Made by a program: the position numbers and the translations under genes | In this document: piece after piece, positions 42,840-52,888 of the stretch | Layout of the letters: every line of letters starts with the position of its first letter | How positions within the stretch are numbered: the first letter of the stretch is position 1 | Source: Guillardia theta CCMP2712 | Lineage: Eukaryota > Protista > Cryptophyta | NCBI RefSeq assembly: GCF_000315625.1 | Contig: NW_005434661.1 | Location: forward strand, 700,020-764,019 | Length of the DNA stretch: 64,000 nt | Reading direction: 5' to 3' | Notes under the pieces: model-generated | The model's input: the letters and a program-made list of their open reading frames with translations, nothing else | Told to the model about the DNA's origin: nothing | Database searches by the model: none

Positions 42840-43850
42840 TTCAAGTTGACGCCTCCATCCGCGGCCTCCAGAACAGCTTCTGAGCTAGCCTTGAGAGCTT
42901 GGTCTTCTGCAAGCACTGACATTTAAGAGACCGTTGAGATGAATCGTACAAGATGTTTCATTCTAGGCCTGGCCCTTGCTTCGTCTGCAAGTCTGGGTCC
43001 CGTCATCGACGTGAACTCACTGGCTTCATCCTTACTTTACTCGTGTCGTTGACAATCTCCGTGTTGTGTATACAACAGTTGAAAGAGATAGGGCTACCGA
43101 TCACCGTGAAAGTTTGTGTTTTTATCTTCTACAGCAGCTGAAGAGGAGAAGAGTGATAGGATATGTTCACTGACTTTCTGTCTGAAAATAGATTACTTAC
43201 TTTTCTTTCAATCATCTCTAACCGTAGAACGTTGATTTGGAGTAAATTGCCGTTGGATTGTGCATTGCTCTCACACGCTTGCTCTTTGGTTTCTTGACGG
43301 GATCACTTACGGTGTGTCAACACTGGATCGAGAGATACTTGTAGGAAGTTTTTTCTAACATTTTGGTAGCGAAGGTTGGTGACCTTTCGGTTCGGGGATA
43401 AATCCATAGTTCTCAATGCATTGCTCGATACCGCTGCTGAAGAGTCGTTTATCAGCACGAAGGACTCAGTGCGCAAATTTGGTCTGTTGGCCCCACGGTC
43501 ACGGATGCAGAAGTTCGTAAACGAGTTATCATGGCCGACGGGACTAGTAGTACGGTTGTCTGATATACGGTTTTCCCGTGACTGGCCGGGCTCGGACAAA
43601 ATTGGGCCGCCGGTAGGCTCCACTGTCAAGAGTAGTGTCAAGAGTACTACGATGGCATTGACTATGATAAGCCAATAAAGGAATACCTATTCATTAGCAG
43701 AAGAATTGATGTAACTCCGCAATAATGCCTTGATTTCGTCAAGTGTCTTGTTTTGCCGCAGTGCTGCCCTCATTCAGCATGTCATCGCCCTCATCCGTCC
43801 AATCATCACCCTCATACCTTTCCAGTAAACGGTACATGGACAGGTACATG
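42840..43850 (-). pseudogene. Multi-exon gene of unknown function, probably degenerate; paralogue of the fragment at 48428-49132
   Basis: MYLSMYRLLER|AALRQNKTLDEIKALLRSYINSSANE followed by TAG immediately before a GT donor. Shares near-identical blocks with 48428-48570 and 49057-49132. Confidence 0.4.
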
Positions 43851-43999
43851 GATTCCAGTAGGTTTTGGACAATTTGTTTTTTCCCGAAAACTCCCCCTTT
43901 TTTTTCAAGTTTGCGTGGTTGGAGTAGCGGCTTTCGCTGCGGTTTGCCTTTTCTTTTCAATCAATAAAAAGCTTTAAAAAATAATAGCCAAACCAAAAC

Positions 44000-46432
44000 A
44001 TGCCGAAGCGCCGAAGGACCGAGGATCCAGACGACAGCAAGAGAGACTTAGTGAGCTTGCTGCTCGAGTCTGTCTCACAAACTCATGATATGATCAAGAG
44101 CTGCAAAGACCAGGAGCAGAAGCGATGGCTTAGTACACAACTTGAGAAGAAGGAGCTCGAGCTGAAGAATGCGGTTGAGAAGAAGGAGCTCGAGCAGAAG
44201 TATGCGGTTGAGAAGAAGGAGCTCGAGCAGAAGTATGCGGTTGAGAAGAAGGAGCTCGAGCAGAAGATCAAGAGCTGCAAAGACCAGGAGCAGAAGCGAA
44301 GGCTTAGTACACAACTTGAGAAGAAGGAGAGCGAGCAGAAGTATGCGGTTGAGAAGAAGGAGCTCGAGCAGAAGTATGCGGTTGAGAAGAAGGAGCTCGA
44401 GCAGAAGTATGCGGTTGAGAAGAAGGAGAGCGAGCAGAAGTATGCGGTTGAGAAGAAGGAGCTCGAGCAGAAGATCAAGAGCTGCAAAGACCAGGAGCAG
44501 AAGCGAAGGCTTAGTACACAACTTGAGAAGAAGGAGCTCGAGCAGAAGAGTGCGGTTGAGAAGAAGGAGCGCGAGCAGAAGTATGCGGTTGAGAAGAAGG
44601 AGCTCGAGCAGAAGTATGCGGTTGAGAAGAAGGAGCTCGAGCAGAAGTATGCGGTTGAGAAGAAGGAGCTCGAGCAGAAGATCAAGAGCTGCAAAGACCA
44701 GGAGCAGAAGCGAAGGCTTAGTACACAACTTGAGACGAAGGAGAGCGAGCAGAAGAGTGCGGTTGAGACCAAGGAGCACCAGCTCAAAGTGGAGAAGAAG
44801 GAGCTCGAGCAGAAATTCTTGATTCACAATTATATGGCTGGAGGTCGCTTACAGACAGGAGAAATAATGAAGTCGACTTCCGTGATTGATGCAATGGAGG
44901 ATCGTTTTGTGTACGATGAAACGAAGTTGTTTTTGGATATATCGGCAGACAGTGGGAAGGAGTCTGGGTTACGAGCATTTGAGGACGAGGATGTAAAGGA
45001 GAAGGGCATGAGAATTTTCAGCAGAAAGGGACTTCGGGAGCAGATGGACTTCATGCAAAAAAGAGTCATGCAAGCAGGAAGTTTGGGCTGGGTGTTGGGG
45101 GCACCAGGGACGGGAAAGTCTCTTACAGGCCTTGCATTCGCACTCTCCATTGACAGGGAGGTCTGGGGGGTGAGTTGGATGCATATCTCTCCTTATCCTG
45201 CAAAGGCTGTTCAGTGGATCGCTGCAAGGAAAACTGTATATGAAGCTGAATTGCAGACGACAAATGATGACTTTCTGTATGCTCTGCTGAATGGTGTGGA
45301 TGATGATTCTCAGCATGTATTCGTACTGGATGGTTTCGTGCAAGACTCGCACAAAATGTTGCAGCATATGTTGATGAGATGGCGTGAAAAAAAGAAAGAG
45401 AATAGAAGAGTGCTCTTGATTTCATCGATGCAGACCAGGTACAAGGTGAAGTGGGAAGATGATCAGGTTTGGGGCGTGGAGGTATTTCTCCTTGAGTCAT
45501 GGAGACTGGAAGAGTATAAAGAGGCAGTGATGGACGACCTGTTCTACTCTTCTGTTGAAAGGAAATTAGATGCAAACTTGTCTCGAGGATCGGTTGCTCA
45601 ACGGTCATTTTCGAGCAATCTGAGCCGAGAAGATCGAATACTGTCCAAGTATTATTATGCAGGAGGATCATCAAGATACATGTTTCAGATGAGTAGTCAA
45701 CAGATTATCGACGACGTTTCTAACACTGTCAAAAACGTGGGGTTTCTTGAAACTCTCTCCACAAAGATAGGGCAGTACAGTGGGGCTGCAATCAATCGAC
45801 TCTTTTCGATATACAAGGATCAAGACAAGTCAGAATATACTGTATTCTTAAGCAGGTATCTTACAGAGAAGATTTGCATTCAAACAGGGTGTGAACAATT
45901 TACACGGTCTTTGGTGCATTTCTGCACATTGCATCATCCAGTTGCCAAAGGACTCATGCTTGAAGATTTGTTCTTCATGGTGGTACATCACCAAGGTTTG
46001 GCATTGCACGTGCGAGGTGAAGACGCGCAAGAAGCTTGGCAGGCTGCCCCTGTCGTGACTTGCTTGATACCTCTTACGAAAGGAGTGGTGGAGAGTCAGA
46101 GCTGCGACTTTTGGGTGCGACCACCTGATTTCAACCATCCAGGATATGATGGGGTGTTTCTTAGTAGAAGCAGGAAATTAGTACGGTTTGTACAAGTAAC
46201 CGCAGCAAAAGATCATGATCTGAAACTACAATATTTCAAGGAACTCATTGACAATCTTGTTTTAGTAGGATTTCCGGTTCAACGAATAGAAATTTGTTTC
46301 ATCGTGCTCCGTAAGGATCTAGAGTGTTTCAAAGTTTCGAAAGTCTTTGGTCAAGGATCTCTTGAGCAATATGGTTTTGCGAAAGGAAACGAGCGAAGAT
46401 CTATCAGGGTGATGGGTGTTGAGCTTATCTAA
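44000..46432 (+). CDS. Crinkler (CRN)-type effector: NLS + repeat coiled-coil header + P-loop NTPase + PD-(D/E)xK restriction-endonuclease-like domain; intronless, 810 aa
   Basis: N-terminal MPKRRR. Walker A GAPGTGKS, Walker B VFVLDG and the CRN-NTPase motif KYYYAGGSSRYMF. REase motifs LMLE and WVRPPDFNHPGYDGVF...VRFVQVTAAKDHDLKLQYF. Confidence 0.85.
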   Translation: MPKRRRTEDPDDSKRDLVSLLLESVSQTHDMIKSCKDQEQKRWLSTQLEKKELELKNAVEKKELEQKYAVEKKELEQKYAVEKKELEQKIKSCKDQEQKRRLSTQLEKKESEQKYAVEKKELEQKYAVEKKELEQKYAVEKKESEQKYAVEKKELEQKIKSCKDQEQKRRLSTQLEKKELEQKSAVEKKEREQKYAVEKKELEQKYAVEKKELEQKYAVEKKELEQKIKSCKDQEQKRRLSTQLETKESEQKSAVETKEHQLKVEKKELEQKFLIHNYMAGGRLQTGEIMKSTSVIDAMEDRFVYDETKLFLDISADSGKESGLRAFEDEDVKEKGMRIFSRKGLREQMDFMQKRVMQAGSLGWVLGAPGTGKSLTGLAFALSIDREVWGVSWMHISPYPAKAVQWIAARKTVYEAELQTTNDDFLYALLNGVDDDSQHVFVLDGFVQDSHKMLQHMLMRWREKKKENRRVLLISSMQTRYKVKWEDDQVWGVEVFLLESWRLEEYKEAVMDDLFYSSVERKLDANLSRGSVAQRSFSSNLSREDRILSKYYYAGGSSRYMFQMSSQQIIDDVSNTVKNVGFLETLSTKIGQYSGAAINRLFSIYKDQDKSEYTVFLSRYLTEKICIQTGCEQFTRSLVHFCTLHHPVAKGLMLEDLFFMVVHHQGLALHVRGEDAQEAWQAAPVVTCLIPLTKGVVESQSCDFWVRPPDFNHPGYDGVFLSRSRKLVRFVQVTAAKDHDLKLQYFKELIDNLVLVGFPVQRIEICFIVLRKDLECFKVSKVFGQGSLEQYGFAKGNERRSIRVMGVELI
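44093..44815 (+). repeat. Coding higher-order tandem repeat: 33-bp units nested in 174/207-bp super-units
   Basis: 33-bp unit gagaagaaggagctcgagcagaagtatgcggtt (EKKELEQKYAV). The IKSCKDQEQKRRLSTQL block starts at 44093, 44267, 44474 and 44681. Confidence 0.95.
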
Positions 46433-46639
46433 TTGGACACTCCACTCATTTCAATATTTCAGTGGTGCTGAGTACCTGGAATTGAATCTGTTGAAGCAAT
46501 CATACTTCAGTAAACATGTTTGAACCTAGAATTACTATGACATTTTATTGCAAATACACATTCTAGTCATCTCTCTTTCTTCACCCTCTTGTTTGTAAGT
46601 GATTCTCCTGTCACTGTCCGAGGCTGATCTCTGAATCAA

Positions 46640-48314
46640 CACTACGCTTCGTAACTCTGGAAACATTCATATCTTCGTAACTCTGGAAAGCATTCGACAC
46701 TGCATCAAAGCCTGTTCACGTTGTCGAAGGGCTTTCAAAGACATCGACTTGACAACTGTACAGAATTATGCAGTGTTCACTGACGCAATGGTGCTGAAAT
46801 TGTTACATTTTCTGCAAAACATCGGGCACGAAACGTTGAAGGTAAGCGACACGCATGATAGCTTGCTACAAGCAGCGTCTATTTATCTCAAGCTGAGCCA
46901 GCATACCATGAACACTTCTCATGTACGAGCAAAGTTTACGCTTCTAGGAGACCTCTTTGGACAGAATGCTGACCTCATTGGACAGAATGCAGAGGGCTTC
47001 AAAAATTGTTTCCATCACTACTTCACCTCGTTTCAACATGGAGCAGATGCTAAAATGCTAGACGCGCATACTATTCGAGGTCAAGTAGAGAATCATCGGC
47101 AAAAGCACAAGTCATTTTGTAAGAAAATCAGACATTGGGGCACCTCGCACTATGACACTTTTGGTGAGTTACAAGAGCAAATACACGATTATCACTCAAG
47201 GTAACCACTGACATGCCTCCAATGCAGGTATGTAAGCCTGAACATATTAGCCAAGACCAGAACAGAACGATTGATTACAGATGGATTGGAAGAATTTGAT
47301 CCAAACAAGATTAGGTTTCAATTCAACGAGTACTTGTCAAACCCTCAGTTATCTCTCTAACAACAAAGAAGCTACATTTCTTTGCGCCATGTATCAATCA
47401 TTCACTGAAGAATGTCAGGCACACGGTTGGCTCGGGGAGACACCCGACTGCACAGCAAGAGGCTAAACAATGGCATGCTGCGTACACTGATATTGTCAAG
47501 GAGAATTCGTCATGGCTAACGCAGCTGCAAGTCGATGGGTGCACTGACCCTCAATCAGTGGATATCATGTTAAAAATGTTCAGCAGCAAGACCATATCGC
47601 TTCTGAATGCAGAGGGACACATTGAAACAGCAAGAATGGCAGAAGCAATGAACGGCCTTCACAGAGCTTTCGACGAGAGAGGCCTCACCAAGTCTGAAAG
47701 AAGAAATCTCATTCTTAGAGCTCGAACCTGGCTTCTAAGAGATGTGGATTGGATGAGGGTGGGCAAGAAGCACATGAGGGGGTTGTCATCTGTAACCTTC
47801 GAAGGACTGATTGTAGCCATGGACACACATCTACAGATACAGAGTTATTTGAGCAACAACGAAGGTGTGTTGGGTGAAAAGGAGTATGAGTTCAATGCAC
47901 GGACGCTCTGCACAGACAGCGTTGAAAACCTCTGGTCTTTGATAGGTCATTTGAACAAGAAAGATTTCTTGAGGAAATTCAACAAAGCATGCACTGAGCT
48001 CTCAAAAAAATTCGATCCCAATCTGCCTTTTGTGTATGACCACCAAAAAAGCGAATCATTCTTGGAAACCACGCGGGGAGAAGAAGCTTTTCAACGCTGA
48101 AGAAGGAACACGGGACAAAGAGAATGAGTGCAGGTCCCAACCTAGATCTCGTAAACGTATACATGCTCGATCTTTGGATACACGAGGAGGATTCACAGGA
48201 CAAATGCCTAGATTTCAGGGACTACGAACTGTGTCTGGTTGTAGGTCTACGGAAGAAGAGATAGAAAGGACAAAATGTCGAAAGTTAAGACGTGTACAAA
48301 GCGAACAAGTATAG
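46640..48314 (+). mobile_element. Degenerate DDE transposase of the C/DxxH group, P-element/THAP9-like
   Basis: Open frame from about 47315 to 48100: FFAPCINHSLKNVR (CxxH), DPQSVDIMLKMFS, AFDERG, RGLSSVTFEGL and NARTLCTDSVENLWSLI (catalytic-E motif like QDxLExFF). Apparent frameshift near 48040. No clear N-terminus. Confidence 0.6.
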
Positions 48315-48427
48315 AGAATGACAATTTGTATGTATCTCTGAATATAAAATGTCTGTTTTGCATTGTACTGATTTTCATTCTTGAGTTATTCATCCTCGAA
48401 ACAGTTAGTCGCGGGATCGCCATTGCG

Positions 48428-49152
48428 ATTTAAGAGACCGTTGAGATGAATCGTACAAGATGTTTCATTCTAGGCCTGGCCCTTTCTTCGTCTGCAAGTC
48501 TCTTTGCCCCTTGTGATGCCTGGGTCCTGTCATATCTGGGTCCCGTCATCGACGTGAACTCACTGGCTTCCGAGGCCAGCTGGTCTATGAGGATGGGTTT
48601 AGATCCTAGGTTCCAAAGCAGAGTACTTGCAAGCTGCTCAGCTGCCCGCGCGTGAGTACGAATCTTGGCAACAGGTGCTTCTAGCGTTGACGTGGCGATA
48701 TGCATGCTGCGAAAGGACATGGAGCATGACAAGCAGCTGCAGCTGCAGCAGTTGGAACGGGATAAAAGGAATCTTTCTTTCCAATCTTTCTTTCCAATTA
48801 CTACAAGCGCCAACTGTCCGCCATGACTCAAAGGTGTGTGTTTTGATTGATTGAAAGCGGCAGGATGATGGTGCAAACATAGTATCTGGTTGAGAGGCTG
48901 TCCATGAAGGTATTGAATGTTGCTTCCGTCGGCAAGGATAAGGTGGTCGAATCCGCGGTAGCAGAGTTGCCGCAGAGGGACTGAACCTGATTGAGCAAGG
49001 GCGGATCTCCATGAGTGACATGAATCAGCTCCTGAAAGACCTGGCAAGAAAGCAGTGTTGAAAGAGATAGGGCTACCGATCACCGGGAAAGTTTGTGTTT
49101 TTATCTTCAACAGCAGCTGAAGAGGAGAAGAGATTTTTCGGAGAGCTTGCAC
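48428..49152 (-). pseudogene. Gene fragment of unknown function; longer copy of the sequence at 42921-43153
   Basis: 240-aa ORF on the minus strand. Blocks 48428-48570 and 49057-49132 are nearly identical to 42921-43027 and 43078-43153. Confidence 0.4.
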
Positions 49153-49562
49153 GGCTTTTCAACAGGAGGGTAGACTATTTCGACCGGCGGCGTGGGATAG
49201 TGTCAAGCAGCTGCGGGAGAGCACTGAGGGCCATAAAACGAGGATGATGAATCCGAGCTACGGTACTGAGGTCATGAGGTTAGTCGCGGTGTCGGCCTTG
49301 AAAGCTTACAGCCCTTGTCATGCTGCACGGTTCTCAGTGACTAGTTCGAATCCGCGGGCCGGGCTGGCCCAGTGGGCCGGGCCACCCCGGGCCCCCGGGC
49401 CCGGCGGCTTGAAGTCACTGTCAAGTTCAGTTTACTGGTCTTTACTTTACTCAAAGTTAAGTTAAAAATCTGGTTTCCCCCAAACTTAACTGATACCTTG
49501 TACTGGTACTCCTGGCGATCGTCTTGATCGCCCCGCGCCGTATAGGGCCGGCGGTTGGCCGC

Positions 49563-51148
49563 ATGCCACCGGCAGGCAAGCAGGGTGACGGAGGCAACCG
49601 AGCAGACGACGGGAATCAGCGACGTGAAGGAGGCAGTGAGGAACGAGGGAGAGTGGCTGAGGGAAGAGACTCGGAGGGAGCCTGGGGGGAGAGAGCAGCC
49701 TTAGTCCCGATGGAGGAAACGAGAGGAGACAGAGGGATCGTTGGGTCAAGGGAGGGTCGGGGCACGCCGTATAGCGGCGGGTCACGGAAACGATCCCTAT
49801 CGGTAGCAAGTGGAGGAGAGAGATTCAGTGGCTACATCAAGAACTTTCCTTACTGCCAGAAGAAACCTGGGGAGGGAGGAGAGAGAGATCGATTCCGCAC
49901 GACATACACGCGGGTAAACGAGCACCGACTGAGCGAGGACGCGTTTAGACTAGCAGGGGGGACCGTGGTGGGCCATGCCCATCACGTGGGAGGGTTTTAC
50001 ACCGCGTCCAGTCCCAACAACTTCCGGAAGGTGATGGGACAAGGGGATGAGGTGCAGGAAGGAGTTTCTCCTTACTCCTCCCGCAGTTTCCGACGGAGTA
50101 CATGACTAGCTCGCAAGTGTCCTGGGTCGACCCAAAGCAGCAGGTGAGGTCAGAGTCGCTGATGCACGTCAGCGGGGGAAGAGCAGGAAGGTGCAAGGTG
50201 TTGAGTACGAGCACAGATGAGCGTGACGAGGAAGAGCCATCGAGGGATCGCGGCAGAGTTCATCCCGACAAGGAAAAACATCTCAAGTGGATGGAGAGAA
50301 AACAACGTGACTAGGTATAGCCGTTGCTTCGTGATCACTGTTTATCCCTTGTCCTTACCTCTGTTTTGGTAGAAATCTGTGGATGAGTCATGGAGATCAG
50401 TATTCGGTCGCTCCTTCACCATCAGCTTCATCCTTGTCACTGCCGGAGAGGCCAAGTACAGCTCAGGTCGAATCGGCTGCGCTATCCAGTAAGGAGCCGC
50501 TGTTAGATGTGAAGCCCGTTGACTCGATGAGAAGGTGGGTACTCGCGCTCTAGGGCGAAGATATGCCTGGGGAGCAGCGACGAAGAGTACTTGAGCACCA
50601 ACACCATCAACAGCATGAGAAACCTGGAAAACCTGCATGAAAACAACGCCATCTTCCCTCTAACTCCTGAGCTCCAAGAGGTCTGCACTAGCTGCCCCTT
50701 CCAGCAGTCGTTGACTTTGATCTTAGGAGCTGCGCGATTCTGGCTACAGCAAGAACGTCCCCATCACGACCCAACCCTTCGATGCTCACCGAAAGGTCCT
50801 CTGACGGTCAGCCGCACAGTGCCCCGCTGACGAGCTCTGCAGTCATTCCAGCCCCTGAGCAGCACAACCAAGGAGGACTACAAAGACCCCACGTCCTTCC
50901 GGAGGAAACAACACGTTGTCCGACCTCCCTCCACCTCGTCCTCCTCCTACGGGAGGATCTCCACAGCTCACAGGTTCGAAAAGATGAAGATGCCGTCCTT
51001 GGAGGACCTTCATCCTGCCGTAGCGAGTCTGTGGAGAGCGAGAGACCCCCTTTACTACAAGCACACGACCTTCAAGGTGACGGACGGCTTCAACTCTAGC
51101 AAGGACTTGAGGACTTACACGATCGAGGCGATGCGTGCGAGTATATGA
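49563..51148 (+). CDS. Hypothetical protein, possible ciliary microtubule-inner (SAXO/Mn-motif-like) protein
   Basis: Recurrent short motifs DRFRTTYTR, MTSSQVSWVDP, WRSVFGRSF, YLSTNT and LSSTTKEDYKDP. Stop at 51148. Confidence 0.45.
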
Positions 51149-51179
51149 AGCGGGACATTTTTCTATGAAGCTATGCAGC

Positions 51180-52037
51180 TCAATCATCGGAATCACTGTT
51201 ATCGACGATGAGGCGACGAGGTTTCTCTTCTTCCTCCTCGTCATCGTCCCCACGGTGCCTCCTTGAGCTCACGACAATGTTGGACGTCTCGATCCCATCC
51301 AACTCTCGGCTGAGTGCCACCTGGTCCCACAAACTTCAGCCCCTCTCCCCCGACTCCTCCAATCACCTTCCGCTTCAACTCAGCGATCTCCACACGGCTA
51401 GGATTCAATGACGGCAGCCCGCGCTCAAGGAGATATTTCCCGATCCTCCGAGCGAGCTCGTCACTATCAGGCTCACCCTTGAAGCAGTTCACAGGAACCA
51501 CTAGATCGCATTTCTTAGCCAACTCCTTCAGCCTCTGACATTCCTTGGAGAGCTCCGTCTTCACAGGCTCCTTGTCGGCCTTGTTGCTCTTTGTCTTGCC
51601 CTCCCTCGACTTCTTGCTCGCTTTGGGTCTCTCGTCCTCAGAGTCGCTCTCGCTTTCGCTCTCTAACTTTCGTTTCGAGGGTTTGACTCGCTTCTTCGCT
51701 GTCTCGGCGTTGCCTTTCTCCTCGCTACCATGGTGATCGGGATTCTGCCTCTTCTCCTTCACCTTGGACCTCGACTCGATCTCCTCTTGGACTTGGAGGA
51801 ACAAGCGCTGAACCTCGTCCTTGAAGTATTCCGAGTTCCCTTGGATGTCGTCCTCGCTCACTTGCTTCTTCTTCGCCATGTACTCCTTGATGTTTCTTCT
51901 CGCTGTGGTGTGAAGTCATGAGAGAGAACAAGACGATTGATTAGAGCCTCACTGATGCTGTCGATGGGAGCATTCTTAGTCAGAGCCCTCAGCGCTTCCT
52001 CGATCCCCTGCGAAAGTCTTTTCTTGATGTCTCCCAT
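51180..52037 (-). CDS. HIRIP3-like histone chaperone (CHZ-type C-terminus)
   Basis: Acidic/basic linker, then RLKELAKKCDL, YLLERGLPSLNPSRVEIAELKRK and LSRELDGIETSNIVVSSRRHR. Confidence 0.7.
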
Positions 52038-52365
52038 GCTTGTGATGGCTTCCTGGAGAAGCCGATTCAGATAAGGCGAACTGATTCGATGCTGAGCAGA
52101 AAGCAAGGATGGACGAAGAAGGCAAGCAAGAGGACTGATGCGATAGAAGTCTACCACAACCATGCACCAAAACTTGCTAGAAATGGGGGGGAGCACGAAA
52201 AAGTCCAAGAGGTGGGCGGGAGGTGTTGAAGGAGATGGAGGAGAAGTGAGAGGCTGCAACAGAGACATCTCCCCCCTTTCTTTCCCTCGAGCCAGCCTCT
52301 CTTCTGCTCTCCTCCTGCCCTGACCTCCTGCCCTCCCTCCCTCCCGCCTCTTGTTCCATTGCCAC

Positions 52366-52411
52366 TTTCCCGCCTACTTGAACGATTTCAATGAACTTCC
52401 GTTTCAAACGG
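52366..52411. promoter_or_regulatory. Candidate cell-cycle promoter module: E2F-like site + palindromic MYB/MSA sites overlapping a CHR-like hexamer
   Basis: TTTCCCGCC at 52366-52374 and CCGTTTCAAACGG at 52399-52411, between the divergent HIRIP3-like and Rid genes. Confidence 0.35.
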
Positions 52412-52455
52412 TTACAAAATTTCCCAGTGTGACCTCATGCCGACATCTGGACAAG

Positions 52456-52863
52456 ATGGAAATGCATGGAGGAGGTGAGGGAGGAGGAGGGGCGGTGAGG
52501 AGGCTGAGGACGGGGGATCCGAGATGTTCAGGGATCGTGTGTTATGGAGGGATAGTATACCTGACGGGTCAGACGTCGGATGAAGGGGAGGACATCCGAT
52601 CGCAGACTAGGAGAGTCCTCGAGAAGATCGACGCGTTGCTGGCAGAGGCCGGCAGCGATAAGTCGAGGCTTCTGACCGCCATGATATGGCTGAAGGACAT
52701 TCAGAGGGACTTCCATGGGATGAATGCCGTGTGGAACGATTGGGTAGATGCTGAAAACAAGCCCACGAGGGCGTGTGTAGAGGGGAGGCTGGCGAGGGAG
52801 AAGCTGCTGGTGGAGATTCAAGTTACAGCAGTGTCACCGCAATCGGCTCGTTCAAGGCTCTGA
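52456..52863 (+). CDS. Rid (YjgF/YER057c/UK114) family protein, YoaB/Rid2-like, intronless
   Basis: IVYLTGQ, IRSQTRRVLEKIDALLAEAGSDKSRLL, IWLKDIQRDFHGMNAVWNDW, PTRACVEGRLA (catalytic Arg retained) and LVEIQVTA. Confidence 0.9.
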   Translation: MEMHGGGEGGGGAVRRLRTGDPRCSGIVCYGGIVYLTGQTSDEGEDIRSQTRRVLEKIDALLAEAGSDKSRLLTAMIWLKDIQRDFHGMNAVWNDWVDAENKPTRACVEGRLAREKLLVEIQVTAVSPQSARSRL

Positions 52864-52888
52864 TAGGAGAATGGGGATGAAAACGCTC

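Noticed and set aside
44093-44815. CRISPR-like array (regular ~33-bp repeats)
   Set aside because: There are no unique spacers; the repeats are contiguous, in frame and encode a coiled coil.
44075-44827. Long antisense and alternative-frame ORFs over the repeat
   Set aside because: These are by-products of a stop-free tandem repeat.
42921-49132. LTR retrotransposon (direct repeats at both ends)
   Set aside because: The repeats are unequal, internally deleted gene-like fragments without TG...CA ends, and no gag, RT or integrase motifs lie between them.
42601-49450. Terminal inverted repeats or target-site duplication around the CRN-transposase island
   Set aside because: The GC-rich boxes at both ends share composition but do not align as a true inverted repeat by eye, and similar boxes occur at 805 and 15640.
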